A model generated the notes under the pieces. That model was not told where the DNA came from, searched no databases, and worked only from the letters and a program-made list of their open reading frames with translations. Below are positions 1 to 10,326 of a stretch of DNA of 64,000 nt, one piece after another (the stretch's first letter is position 1; every line of letters starts with the position of its first letter). The position numbers and the translations under genes were made by a program. Source of the stretch: Methanobacteriota archaeon (GTDB lineage: Archaea; Halobacteriota; Bog-38; Methanoflorentales; Methanoflorentaceae); NCBI GenBank assembly GCA_963719035.1, contig CAVRAO010000002.1, positions 224,001 to 288,000 on the forward strand, written 5' to 3'.

Positions 1-1106
1 GCACTTCACATATTTCTCTGTCGGGAATTCGAGAGATGTTTGCACTGACCAAGCTAAACGCAATAAACCTAGGTCTTGGACAGCCGGACTTTGACACCCC
101 AGTGCACATCAAAGAAGCGGCAAAAGAAGCGCTTGATGCGGGCTTTACCGGCTACACCCCTAACAAGGGCTTTCCTGAACTAATTGACGCAATCGCACGG
201 TATTATGAACAGTACGGAATTCACGCTGGCCAAGAACAGATTATATGCACGTCAGGTGGCAGTGAAGCCCTACATCTTGCGTTTGAAGCCTTGGTCAACT
301 CAGGCGATGAAGTCATCATTCCCGATCCTGGATTTGTTGCGTATTCGCCGCTCACGCGCGTTGCGGGAGGTATCCCGATCAGTGCGAGGATCAATGCTGA
401 TGATGATTTCAGGCTGCAACCTAGCACAGTTGCAGATTGTATCACGCATAAGACGAAAGTGCTCGTCATAAACTCACCTGCAAACCCCACTGGTGCGGTG
501 CAGCGATACGACGAGCTTAAGGGGTTTGTCGAACTAGCCAACGACTATGATTTTTACATAATCTCCGATGAAGTATATGATAAAATACTCTATGCTGGAG
601 AACACGTAAGCGCAGGAAGTATCGACTCTGACCGTGTCATCGTTGTCAATTCAGTATCAAAGACCTATGCGATGACTGGGTGGCGCCTTGGGTACGCAAT
701 CGCACCTGACTCGATTATAGAAGAGATGTTGAAGGTACATCAATACATTCAAGCATGTGCGCCCTCTATTTCACAAAAAGCAGCTTATGCCGCATTAAAC
801 GGCCCTCAGGAAAGCGTCGGTTCGATGGTTGAAGAATTTAGGACACGGCGCAACGCTGTAATGCAGCACCTTAAAGAGATAGCAGAATGCGTAACACCTG
901 AAGGGGCTTTTTACGTTTTTCCACGGTTTTTCACGTCAGACACGAGCCTCGGCCTTACAAAGAAGCTAGCACAAGAAGGCGTAATCGTCGTAGCGGGGTC
1001 GACGTTCGGACGCTTTGGAGAGGGGCACATACGAATCTCGTATGCAGCGAGTCAACAGGCCATAGACCGCGCATTTCAAATAATTAAAAAGCAGATATTG
1101 ACGTGA
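1..1106 (+). CDS. PLP-dependent class I/II (aspartate/aromatic) aminotransferase, 5' end probably just outside the window
   Basis: GQPDF, NSPANPTG, SDEVY and SKTYAMTGWRLGY (PLP lysine) motifs; frame open from base 3 (TSHISLSGIREMF). Confidence 0.92.
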   Translation, partial: TSHISLSGIREMFALTKLNAINLGLGQPDFDTPVHIKEAAKEALDAGFTGYTPNKGFPELIDAIARYYEQYGIHAGQEQIICTSGGSEALHLAFEALVNSGDEVIIPDPGFVAYSPLTRVAGGIPISARINADDDFRLQPSTVADCITHKTKVLVINSPANPTGAVQRYDELKGFVELANDYDFYIISDEVYDKILYAGEHVSAGSIDSDRVIVVNSVSKTYAMTGWRLGYAIAPDSIIEEMLKVHQYIQACAPSISQKAAYAALNGPQESVGSMVEEFRTRRNAVMQHLKEIAECVTPEGAFYVFPRFFTSDTSLGLTKKLAQEGVIVVAGSTFGRFGEGHIRISYAASQQAIDRAFQIIKKQILT

Positions 1107-1123
1107 TAGCTGCCGCGTGCCAC

Positions 1124-2449
1124 CTATAAGGCACCTCGTAGATCTAATACCTTTTTTGACTTGCCTTCGGTTCGCTCTATTGTCCCTCGCTCTACGAGCT
1201 CGACCTTTGTTCTAACGTTGAGTGTGTCCCTCAACGCTCTTTCTACCTTTTGTATCACGCGCTGCAAGTCTTCAACGTCACCTGTGAAGTACTCTTGTTC
1301 GAGTTCACAACGTACCGTCAATTCGTCAAGGTGCTTAATCCGCTGAACAACTATTTGGAAGTGAGTGCCTACTTCCGGAATAGACATAAGGATGTGTTCT
1401 ATTTGGCTCGGAAACACGTTTATGCCTCGTATAACGAGCATATCGTCGACTCTGCCTAGTATTTTTGCTGTACGGATACTCGTTCTCCCACACGCACAGT
1501 CTGAACCTTTTATGTACGTCACATCTCCAGTGCGGTACCGTAAGAGCGGAAGCGCTTCTTTAGTGAGTGACGTGAGTACTAACTCGCCTCGTTCGCCCTC
1601 CTTACAGGGTGTACCATCTGGTTTTACCACTTCGACGATGAAGTGATCGCTCCAAAAATGGAGTCCGTCCTGTTCTTTACACTCAAAGGCGACGCCTGGC
1701 CCATTCAATTCTGAAAGCCCATATGAATCGTACGCCTTTACCCCGAGCTCGCGTTCGAGAATGGGGCGCGTGTTATATGACCACGGCTCGGCTCCAAAGC
1801 AGCCAGTCTTGAGGGGTAAGTCACGCGTTGGATCAAAGCCCAACTCCTTGGTCGTCTCAGCTAAATAAAGCGCGTACGAGGGCGTTGCGTGCACTGCGGT
1901 CACACCGTAGTTCCTCATCATTTCGATCTGTTTTATAGTCCCTCCTGTACCGCTAGGAATTACCATTGCTCCGACAAGCTCTGCGCCGTAATGCATACCG
2001 AGACCACCAGTAAATAGTCCATAGCTGACCGCATTTTGAAAAACGTCGACGGAATTAATGCCGACCATAGTGAGGCACCGAGCCATCATGTTTGCCCAGT
2101 TAGTGATATCGCGCGCGGTATAGCCAACAACGGTGGGGGGACCGCTCGTTCCGCTTGACGCGTGAATTCTAATTACTTGCTCGTGTGGCACAGCAAAGAG
2201 GCCAAAAGGGAAATGATCACGCAAGTCGGCCTTTCTTGTGAAGGGTAACTTCTCTACGTCTTCCTGCTTAGTGATATCTGAGGGCGTGATCCCGAGTTCT
2301 TCAAGCTTTTTGCGGTAGAATGGGACGTGTTCGTAGACCTTCTCGACGGTATTTCTGAGACGGAGGCCCTGAAGTTCCTCAAGCTTTTCGATCGGTAAAG
2401 TCTCCTCTGTCGCTTGCCAATACTCGCGTCTTTCACCTTTTTTGTTCAT
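1124..2449 (-). CDS. paaK: phenylacetate-CoA ligase (aryl-acetate CoA ligase)
   Basis: HASSGTSG P-loop, YGLFTGGLG, FGAEPWS, DSYGLSE, RYRTGD, GRVDDMLVIRGINVFP. Confidence 0.93.
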   Translation of the reverse strand: MNKKGERREYWQATEETLPIEKLEELQGLRLRNTVEKVYEHVPFYRKKLEELGITPSDITKQEDVEKLPFTRKADLRDHFPFGLFAVPHEQVIRIHASSGTSGPPTVVGYTARDITNWANMMARCLTMVGINSVDVFQNAVSYGLFTGGLGMHYGAELVGAMVIPSGTGGTIKQIEMMRNYGVTAVHATPSYALYLAETTKELGFDPTRDLPLKTGCFGAEPWSYNTRPILERELGVKAYDSYGLSELNGPGVAFECKEQDGLHFWSDHFIVEVVKPDGTPCKEGERGELVLTSLTKEALPLLRYRTGDVTYIKGSDCACGRTSIRTAKILGRVDDMLVIRGINVFPSQIEHILMSIPEVGTHFQIVVQRIKHLDELTVRCELEQEYFTGDVEDLQRVIQKVERALRDTLNVRTKVELVERGTIERTEGKSKKVLDLRGAL

Positions 2450-2491
2450 GAGAGCCCCCCTATAGTGTAGCAGACACTGTGTTGAGCTTTC

Positions 2492-3859
2492 TTATTGAGA
2501 GCCTACCCGCTTTTGCGCAATTAGTTCCTTAAACTGCACTGCTTCTAGACTCTGCGGGTCTATCTCAAGCGCACGGTCAAAACTTGTCAGCGCTTCATCA
2601 TAGAGGTTAAGGCTGTAAAGAGCGCTGCCTTTTGATGTCCACGCAAACTCATCGTTCTCGTCGACTTCCAACACGTGATCGAAGCACGCGATCGCCTCTT
2701 CAAAATTCCCTAGGCCATCACACGCACTGCCCTTAAACGAAAGTGCGTACGTATCGTCAGGGTTTATGTCGAGCACCTTATCAAAAACAGCGATCGCTTC
2801 TTCGTATCGGTCGGCACTAAAAAGAATGAATCCTTTTCTATTGAGCACCCAGAGGTTCTCCGGATCTAATTCAAACGCTTTATCTAAGCACGCAATGGCC
2901 TCATCGAAGCGGTTGAGGCTATCGAACGCTAGGCCTTTGTTGATCCACGCGAGGATGTAGTCTGGGCTAATTTTAAGGGCTTTGTCGAAGTTTTCCAACG
3001 CATCGTCAAACTTTTGCAAGTTATAATAGACATAGCCCTTGTTATTGTGTGAGATAAAATAATCTGGATTGATGCTTAATGCCTTTTCGAAACTCTCTAA
3101 GGCTTCCGTCCACTTGTATAAGCTCGCAAGGGCGAGTCCTCGACCATCCCATGCTGGGGCACGGGTATCATCAATTGTAAGGCCTTTATCATAATTGATG
3201 ACCGCGTCGTCGTAGCGCTCCAAATTAGCGAGAGCATTTGCTCGGTAGAACCAAGCGTCCGCATTGTTGGCTTCAATCAAGAGCGCCCTCTCGAACATCC
3301 CTTCAGCTTTTTCGTTGTCGTTCATAAGCGCGTAGCATACGCCCATGTTAAACCACGGCAAATCAAACTCAGGGTCGATCTGTTGTGCCTTGTTATAGCA
3401 TTTGAGTGCTTGTTCCAACGAACCCTGTTTTTGGAACAAATAACCCTTAGCATTATAGGCTACGGCAAAACTATTATCACTGGCAATTGCTGCGTTGAAC
3501 AAACTTAAAGCGGCGTCCACGTCTCCTAAATCACGGAGAATGCTTCCTTTCGCGACTAGAGCAGCCGCGTGATTTGGGTTTACTTCTAAGGCCCGGTTAT
3601 AGTAACTAAGCGCCATTTCACCGTCGCCCATCTCCTCAGTTAATGAGCCAAACGTAAAGAGGGCATCAGCGTTGGAGGGTTCTATTTCGAGTGCTCTCTC
3701 GAGTCGATCTAATGCTTCTGTAGGTTTTCCTTGCTGTCGAAGCAAAAGTGCCTCTTCCAAAACATCAGATCCTGTTTTAACTATTTGACTTCCACATTCG
3801 CAACACGCTTCGGCCTCTTTTGGATTGATAGCTCCACATCCTGGACATAGCGTTGTCAT
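2492..3859 (-). CDS. TPR-repeat protein with N-terminal zinc ribbon
   Basis: CPGCG...CCECG followed by about 12 tandem 34-aa repeats (W..KG..L..L..Y.EA...FDKAL.IDP). Confidence 0.9.
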   Translation of the reverse strand: MTTLCPGCGAINPKEAEACCECGSQIVKTGSDVLEEALLLRQQGKPTEALDRLERALEIEPSNADALFTFGSLTEEMGDGEMALSYYNRALEVNPNHAAALVAKGSILRDLGDVDAALSLFNAAIASDNSFAVAYNAKGYLFQKQGSLEQALKCYNKAQQIDPEFDLPWFNMGVCYALMNDNEKAEGMFERALLIEANNADAWFYRANALANLERYDDAVINYDKGLTIDDTRAPAWDGRGLALASLYKWTEALESFEKALSINPDYFISHNNKGYVYYNLQKFDDALENFDKALKISPDYILAWINKGLAFDSLNRFDEAIACLDKAFELDPENLWVLNRKGFILFSADRYEEAIAVFDKVLDINPDDTYALSFKGSACDGLGNFEEAIACFDHVLEVDENDEFAWTSKGSALYSLNLYDEALTSFDRALEIDPQSLEAVQFKELIAQKRVGSQ

Positions 3860-4008
3860 CTTTTTTTAATGCGGTTTCTGGCTGATATGCTTTACTCTTT
3901 TTTCGCGATAGTGATAAACATCCTGTTCGAAATATTAAAAATAGATTAAAAAAAATAACAAAACCCCTAATCTGTGTTGTCCTGTAGTGTTCTTACAAAT
4001 AACGAGGA

Positions 4009-4588
4009 TTACAGATTACGCTTTGAATACTTCTGCCCAAGTTTAAACGCTCTGACGTTAGCTTCCTGTGCCTTTTTAGGAACGTACTCGGCTATAACGT
4101 CTTCTAACGTAGTAAGGGGCAACAAATGTGCAAGTGTCCCTAACATGACAACGTTGAGCGTTTGAGGGTGGCCTGCCTCGAGCGCGAGGCGTGTTGCATC
4201 ATACGCAATAACGCGCCCACACGTAGCTGCGAGCGCCTGGATCAGACTTGCTACAGGGGGATAATCGCTTCCGGCAGCTGGCACGATATGCGTGTTGATA
4301 ACAGCAGTTCCTTCAGACGAAAGATAGCGTGCGAATCGCAAGCACTCGGCAGGCTCCAAGCCAACGATGGCGTCTGCACTTCGCAATGGAATAAGTGGCC
4401 CGTACCGATGTGCCTATGCGGACGTGAACCTCAACAGTCCCCCCTCGTTGTGCCATCCCGTGCGTCTCTGCAGAAATCACCTCGTAGCCCTCGCGCAAGG
4501 CTGTTTCGCCTAGCACCCCTGAAGCGAAAATGGAGCCTTGGCCGCCGACGCCTACGATAATGCAATCAAATTTTTCATCTTGTGCCAT
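4009..4588 (-). CDS. iorB: indolepyruvate:ferredoxin oxidoreductase beta subunit, split by a +1 frameshift at about 4405
   Basis: GVGGQG and ETHGMAQRGG in one frame, GPLIP...NVVMLG...N.RAF in the next; removing one base of TCG-GTAC gives a 192-aa ORF (VRIGTSYGPLIP). Confidence 0.9.
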
Positions 4589-4597
4589 AATGCATTC

Positions 4598-6427
4598 TCA
4601 AGCCGTTTTGATAGCGTCGAATTCGCAGATCTGCTCACACACACCGCAGCCAATACAGTCTTCCGAAATGTGGGCGCACGAGTCACTATAGCTGATCGAT
4701 GGGCAAAAGAGCGTGCCACAAAGCATACAACTCGCAAAGTAGTTCTTGCACGTTGAAGTAACTCGTTTTTTCGTCTTTGAAAGCGCCCCTGCTTTTTTGG
4801 CGCTAATTAAGCATGCGCGCCTTGCGATGACAACTTGTACGCCGTCGCCGTCCTTAGCTTTGACGAATGCTTCTTCGGTTTCAGATAAGTTGTAGGGATC
4901 GACAACGTAGAGCCCCTGAACGCCAACGGCTTTAATGAGGTCTTCCATAGGAGTCTGGAAGTTGCATGTTCCCGTTGCGGTCTCACCAGTGCACGGGTGG
5001 GGCTGATGGCCCGTCATTGCAGTTGTATTATTATCCAAAATGATAAGCGTCATTTTCGCTCCGTTATAAACGGCGTTAATCAATCCCGGAACGCCTGTGT
5101 GCACAAAGGTAGAGTCACCGATAACGCTCACTATTTCCCTATCCTCTCCGCAAGCAGCTGCAAATCCGCTGCCCATGCTGACGCTTGCGCCCATGCAAAG
5201 CGTGGTATCTATCGTCCCCTGACTCACGCCTAGGGTGTAACATCCGATATCTCCCACATAGATTGCGGACTTCTTGAAAACTTTCTTCAACGAATAAAAC
5301 GTTGCGCGATGAGGACATCCCGCACAGAGTATAGGCGGCCGAGAGGGGAGCGAATGCTCTACAGCGATTAATTCAACTGGAATGTTTGTTGTTACGAAAC
5401 GGTCGATCGCCTGACCTAACCCCTTTAACACCAAGTCTACCGTGAGTTCACCTTCTCGAGGCACGTGTCCGGTGAGCTTCCCAAGCACCTCAACCGTGCC
5501 CGCTAGTGCGTTGACTTTCTCTTCAATTACGGGTTCGAGTTCTTCGATGACCAAAATCTTACGTGAGTTATTGATTAGTGCCACAATGGCGTCGTTATTC
5601 ATAGGATAGGCGGCGATTCGCAATATGGAAGGCTCTAGCTGTAGTCTCATTACCGCCTCCTCAACATATTTTGCGGCCACGCCTGAGGTTACAACGCCAA
5701 GCTCAGACTTCTTAAGCTTAAGTCTGCTCAAGGAAGCGAGCTCAGAACGGAGAAGCGGTTGGAGTTTGTTCAGCTCTACATGCCGGAGGCGCGCATGAGC
5801 TGGTACCATGACCCATCTTTCGGGTTTTTTTTCGAAGCGTGCCAGCCGCTGGTCGCTGTGTTGACCGCTTAATATGACAGACGCTCGTGCATGCGAAACG
5901 CGGGTTGTCGGACGGAGTATGACTGGGATTTCGAATTGTTCAGACAACTTGAATGCGTATTTTGTAAACTCATATGCTTCTTGCGGTGTTGATGGATCAA
6001 GGCATGGGATTTTTGCAAAGTACGCATATCTGCGCGAATCTTGCTCATTTTGAGAGGAATAACAGCCTGGATCATCGGCAACGACAAGCACAAGTCCGCC
6101 CTTGACACCGGTATACGCAAGCGTCATGAGCGGGTCGGCTGCCACATTGAGGCCGACGTGTTTCATTATGACCGCCGCCCGTACGTTACAGTACGAAGCG
6201 CCGGCTGCGACTTCGAGAGCTACTTTCTCGTTGACTGACCACTCGACGTGTGGTGGCTTTTTATAACGCTCGACATTTCGAGCTATGAAAGGAATGATCT
6301 CAGATGAAGGCGTTCCCGGATAACCAGATACGACTGAAACACCAGCCTCCAATAAGCCGTGCGCGATTGCTTCGTTTCCTAAGAGGTACTTGCGACTACT
6401 TTGCTGCATGAGTTGTTGTCGATCCAA
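4598..6427 (-). CDS. iorA: indolepyruvate:ferredoxin oxidoreductase alpha subunit
   Basis: LGNEAIA, GYPGTPSSEI, MKHVGLNVAADP, CAGCPHR, GDIGC, TPP motif GDSTF...LDN, C-terminal ferredoxin CIGCGVCEQIC. Confidence 0.95.
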   Translation of the reverse strand: MDRQQLMQQSSRKYLLGNEAIAHGLLEAGVSVVSGYPGTPSSEIIPFIARNVERYKKPPHVEWSVNEKVALEVAAGASYCNVRAAVIMKHVGLNVAADPLMTLAYTGVKGGLVLVVADDPGCYSSQNEQDSRRYAYFAKIPCLDPSTPQEAYEFTKYAFKLSEQFEIPVILRPTTRVSHARASVILSGQHSDQRLARFEKKPERWVMVPAHARLRHVELNKLQPLLRSELASLSRLKLKKSELGVVTSGVAAKYVEEAVMRLQLEPSILRIAAYPMNNDAIVALINNSRKILVIEELEPVIEEKVNALAGTVEVLGKLTGHVPREGELTVDLVLKGLGQAIDRFVTTNIPVELIAVEHSLPSRPPILCAGCPHRATFYSLKKVFKKSAIYVGDIGCYTLGVSQGTIDTTLCMGASVSMGSGFAAACGEDREIVSVIGDSTFVHTGVPGLINAVYNGAKMTLIILDNNTTAMTGHQPHPCTGETATGTCNFQTPMEDLIKAVGVQGLYVVDPYNLSETEEAFVKAKDGDGVQVVIARRACLISAKKAGALSKTKKRVTSTCKNYFASCMLCGTLFCPSISYSDSCAHISEDCIGCGVCEQICEFDAIKTA

Positions 6428-6522
6428 TCAGCGTTGCCCTACGTTTTGGTGTCGTGTTAAATCAAAGTTTGTAGACTCGGCATTGACGCGTTGACTTCGA
6501 GATTGTCACCACATTGCGAATG

Positions 6523-7062
6523 CTAGCATTCTTCCCGTTTAACGGCGTGCATGTTTGCGAGCGTTACGTCCTGTGCTCGCGTGCGCATCACGTTGCAGAA
6601 ATCGTCCGATTCGGGATTATCTTCGATAAACACAACCTCATTGATTCCCGCATTCTTAATGAGCCGCCAACACATCTTACAAGGGGTTCCGTTAACGTAG
6701 AGCGTTGCGCCATTTATAGAAGCCCCTCCTCGAGCGGCCTGTATTATCGCATTTGCTTCGGCGTGGACGCTGACGCAGAGTTCGTATCGTTCGCCCTTGG
6801 GCACCTTCAAACGTTCTCGTTCACATCCGATGTTTAGACAATGTGGTTCATTGCGTGCAGCTCCGTTGTAGCCAGTCGATAATATATGGTCGCCGGTTGA
6901 CACGATAATTGCGCCGTACTGGCGTCTCGTACACGTGGAACGCAAGGACACCGTCTGCGCGAGCGCCATATAATACTCGTCCTTGGAGATTCTGTGATTA
7001 CGCTGTTCTGATGTCTTTGAAGCTATTTCCACGGCTTTACCGTCCCTGATTGCTTCTTGCAA
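6523..7062 (-). CDS. dCMP deaminase (ComEB-like cytidine/deoxycytidylate deaminase)
   Basis: RSTC.RR..GA, STGYNG, HAE.NAI and PC..C zinc motifs. Confidence 0.9.
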   Translation of the reverse strand: MQEAIRDGKAVEIASKTSEQRNHRISKDEYYMALAQTVSLRSTCTRRQYGAIIVSTGDHILSTGYNGAARNEPHCLNIGCERERLKVPKGERYELCVSVHAEANAIIQAARGGASINGATLYVNGTPCKMCWRLIKNAGINEVVFIEDNPESDDFCNVMRTRAQDVTLANMHAVKREEC

Positions 7063-7184
7063 GTTCTGCTTGCAATGCTTGCTGTGTGTATATTGTTTAG
7101 CCTATTTTAATACTTGGGGGAAAATACTTAAGCTTCAGGGAAAGTTTTGATGCCAACTATGCACGGAACCAACGCTGAGGGAAT

Positions 7185-7694
7185 ATGATGACAGGCGGGT
7201 ATCAAGAGATCAAAATTCTTGCGGCAGGCAATTATCTGATGGCGGACGATGGTGTAGGAATCCATATTCTCGAAAAGCTCGAACAGATGAACAGGGGCGA
7301 CGTTGAACTGGTGAATGTCGGCGTTGGTGGCCTGGCGATACTTGATTACATGGAAGATACCGACTATGTAATTATAATCGATGCTGTGCGAGGGGGCGGG
7401 GGAGAACCGGGGTCGATCTACAAATTCACGGACAAAGAGCTGCCCCCCGCAAATCTCTTTATGATGTCGTTACACGATCTGAGTCTGGTAGATACGCTAC
7501 GCTTGGGTCAGGAGATTCAGCCGGAGCTTATGCCGAGAAACATCACGATCATCGGTATAGAAGTTGAAAGAGTTGAAGGGATTTGCACAGACCTTTCACC
7601 TCGAGTTGAAGCTGCTATTGATGGAGTCCTGCAGCTAGTTTTTGATGAAATTCAACGATTTAGGAATGTGAAAGGGATAGATGAGAGAGGTTAG
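7185..7694 (+). CDS. [NiFe]-hydrogenase maturation protease (HyaD/FrhD family)
   Basis: GNYLMADDGVG, IIIDAV, SLHD, LSPRVEAA. Confidence 0.9.
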   Translation: MMTGGYQEIKILAAGNYLMADDGVGIHILEKLEQMNRGDVELVNVGVGGLAILDYMEDTDYVIIIDAVRGGGGEPGSIYKFTDKELPPANLFMMSLHDLSLVDTLRLGQEIQPELMPRNITIIGIEVERVEGICTDLSPRVEAAIDGVLQLVFDEIQRFRNVKGIDERG

Positions 7695-7747
7695 GCAAAA
7701 ACCATATATATGCACTTTTAACAAGAGGAATAGCGAGGAAAATCGTT

Positions 7748-8032
7748 ATGGCAAAACCTATACTGATGGATTTTTATGCTGATTGGTGCGGACCTTGTAA
7801 GATACAGGACCCTATACTGGAAAAGCTCGAGGAAAAGCTTGGAGATAAAATAGAGTTTAAGAAGATTAACGTGGACGATAACCTGCAGTTAGCAAACAAG
7901 TATGGGATCCGCGTCGTTCCGACCTTAATACTAGAATGTAACGGAAAGATCATCGAGCATTATATCGGAGTAACGCGACCTGAAATCCTCGAAGCGGACT
8001 TGAACAAAGCAGCTGAATCGTGTTCTGAATAA
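7748..8032 (+). CDS. trxA: thioredoxin
   Basis: DFYADWCGPCK active site, VVPT cis-Pro motif. Confidence 0.93.
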   Translation: MAKPILMDFYADWCGPCKIQDPILEKLEEKLGDKIEFKKINVDDNLQLANKYGIRVVPTLILECNGKIIEHYIGVTRPEILEADLNKAAESCSE

Positions 8033-8179
8033 ATCAGTAAGAGCTTGTTAACTTCCATTTTTTGCTTAAAACTCACTCTCGATTTTGCCGGTCTTATTAT
8101 TATGCAGCGCGACAGTTTATTAGCAACTCTCTGAGCTAATGGAACATACCAAAAAAAGTACCTCAAATATCGAGATTTA

Positions 8180-8254
8180 TAGCGGGGAGTGGATTTGAAC
8201 CACTGGTCTACGGGTTATGAGCCCGTCGGGATCTCCTGACTACCCCACCCCGCT
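8180..8254 (-). tRNA. initiator tRNA-Met (CAT)
   Basis: Reverse complement AGCGGGG...ACGGG-CT-CAT-AA-CCCGT...GGTTCAAATCC-ACTCCCCGCT-A; A1:U72 pair and three G:C pairs in the anticodon stem; no encoded CCA. Confidence 0.97.
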
Positions 8255-8277
8255 GTGGATTCTGATAAGCGTTATTC

Positions 8278-8287
8278 ATTTAAATAT
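8278..8287 (-). promoter_or_regulatory. TATA box of tRNA-Met
   Basis: ATATTTAAA on the minus strand about 25-30 nt upstream of the tRNA 5' end. Confidence 0.6.
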
Positions 8288-8916
8288 GTGATGTTTGAAT
8301 GCCCGTACGCGAACGTATTTGTCTGCAGAAGGATAGAAAGACGATTTCGGACTTAATGTGTCTGTGATCCGGCTGTTACTATTGAGTTCGCTCACACATC
8401 ACTATTCAATACTATACAACGCCTTTTTTGTCGCAAAAGATATACCTTGGCAGCACTGCTTGTGCTCAAAGGTTAAAAGGCAGCCAATATAGAATTTAAT
8501 ATGCAAAAAGCAATGCGCACTATCGGAATTCGAAAAGGTCTAGTAGCTCCTAAAACGGAAATGTATTCCTTTCCCACCTGTTTCGATAGCGAGTAGTCAG
8601 CACAAAGGGCAGCACAGAGTTTGGCGCGGGAACTTAGCCGACTTTACATCGGGCTAATAAATATCGTACATCATCTCATAAGTTGTGCATCTACGTTTAG
8701 GAATTTAATATATCTGCGCTTGTTATGCGAATTCTGCTTTTTTTCTTACGATCCGAGAATTGACTTTTTGTAAAGACCTAGACTGAGTTTAAAACGCATT
8801 ATTAAATTCTTGTGTGTATTTTCACTTCGCCCGAAGAGAGTGATTACGCGCTTCTAACGACGTAAAGTACACGATTACCAAAGCTTTATCGCGTGCGCCC
8901 ACGATCATAGCGGTGC

Positions 8917-10293
8917 ATGCACGCTGCGATTATCTGCTCAGAAATAGACGCCGCCTCGCAAAACGTAGCGCGTCATCTTCTTAAGCGTGTTCCCTGGGCG
9001 AGATGTTCAGAAGAACCTGTTCATTGGACGTATGGAAACTTTCAGTTGCTGGTAACTAAAGGTAGACTCATCAAACAAGAAGCGCTAGATCGAGAGCTTA
9101 ATGCAGACTTACTCATATTTGCGTCTAGGCACCAGAGCGAGAAACGGAAAGGACCTGTATTTACAGCACACTTTACTGGTAACATTGAAGGCCCTCAACA
9201 GGTGGTCCCTACCTTAGCGCGCGCTGCTCCTCGTGCATTGAAACTTGTGGTAGAAAGGCTCAAACGATTGTCTAGCATTGAAGTCCTAGTCGAGGTAACC
9301 CACCACTGTCCTTGCACTATTAACACGCCGTCGCTCTTCGTGGAGATTGGTAGTTCAAAATCTGAGTGGATAGATGAAGCCCTTGGCGATACTATGGCAC
9401 AGGCTATTCTCTCGCTAGACTCACCATTACTGAACTCCCAGTGCGTGACAGCTGTCGGGTTCGGGGGACCGCACTACGCCCTGCGCCACACTGAGGTTCT
9501 GCTCGGTAGCGACATTTGTTATGGGCATATTTTTGCTACATATCAACTTGAACGGTTATCGCCAGCAATCGTCCAAGAGGCATTCGAGAAATCACCGGCA
9601 CAATTCGCGTACTTTGACCGAAAACAGATGGGTGCAGAAAGGGATCGTTTGCTGTCTATTTTGCATAACTTGGGTTATGAAGTGCTTAGAAAGAGCGACA
9701 TTGAGGACCATGGAAACGTTTCGTGGGAGCAATATCTCCGAATCAGGCGCGCATTGAGATTAAACGGTGTAGTTTTGGATGGAACGCGTATACACGTAAG
9801 CGCGTCATTGCAAGACTCCCTCGACGATCCTACCCTGTCAATGACCTACTTTGAGTTCAAACGGCTTGATTTAAACCCCGCAATAATCAAACTGGCTCAC
9901 GCTGTCGATCGTGAATCCTTTAAGCACTTGATTGAAATCGAAAAAATAGTATACCTGGAACGTAAAGACGGTAACATTCTCGCTATCTTCGTTCCGGCCG
10001 AATTCAACTTGCGAGATGTAACAAGCGCCCTGCTACTAGGATGTATAGAAATACTAAAAAAGCGGTACGAGGTAGAATATTCTCAGCGAAAATCAAAACT
10101 ATATATATCCGAACGCAAATTTAACGCACGATTAGCACGATCGCTTGGCGTGGCTGATGGGCCACTATTTGCGAAACTAGCGCACGGAGAGCCGATCAGA
10201 ATAAATAGCAAGGTAATTAAACCCGAGGATGTATTTACGAAGGTTAAAAAGGCATTTGATGTCGCTACTGCTGACAAACTCGGTCAACATTAA
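8917..10293 (+). CDS. dtdA: D-aminoacyl-tRNA deacylase (DTD2/GEK1 family), long form with C-terminal extension
   Basis: FASRH.S, TAHFTGN, E.THH.P, FVEIGS, GFGGPHYA; conserved position upstream of ftsZ. Confidence 0.9.
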   Translation: MHAAIICSEIDAASQNVARHLLKRVPWARCSEEPVHWTYGNFQLLVTKGRLIKQEALDRELNADLLIFASRHQSEKRKGPVFTAHFTGNIEGPQQVVPTLARAAPRALKLVVERLKRLSSIEVLVEVTHHCPCTINTPSLFVEIGSSKSEWIDEALGDTMAQAILSLDSPLLNSQCVTAVGFGGPHYALRHTEVLLGSDICYGHIFATYQLERLSPAIVQEAFEKSPAQFAYFDRKQMGAERDRLLSILHNLGYEVLRKSDIEDHGNVSWEQYLRIRRALRLNGVVLDGTRIHVSASLQDSLDDPTLSMTYFEFKRLDLNPAIIKLAHAVDRESFKHLIEIEKIVYLERKDGNILAIFVPAEFNLRDVTSALLLGCIEILKKRYEVEYSQRKSKLYISERKFNARLARSLGVADGPLFAKLAHGEPIRINSKVIKPEDVFTKVKKAFDVATADKLGQH

Positions 10294-10326
10294 CATGTCT
10301 TGAAAACTAAATGTGGAGGATACGAC

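Noticed and set aside
2492-3859. Periodic sequence as a DNA repeat or CRISPR array
   Set aside because: The periodicity is protein-level 34-aa TPR; no identical nucleotide repeats with spacers were seen anywhere in the window.
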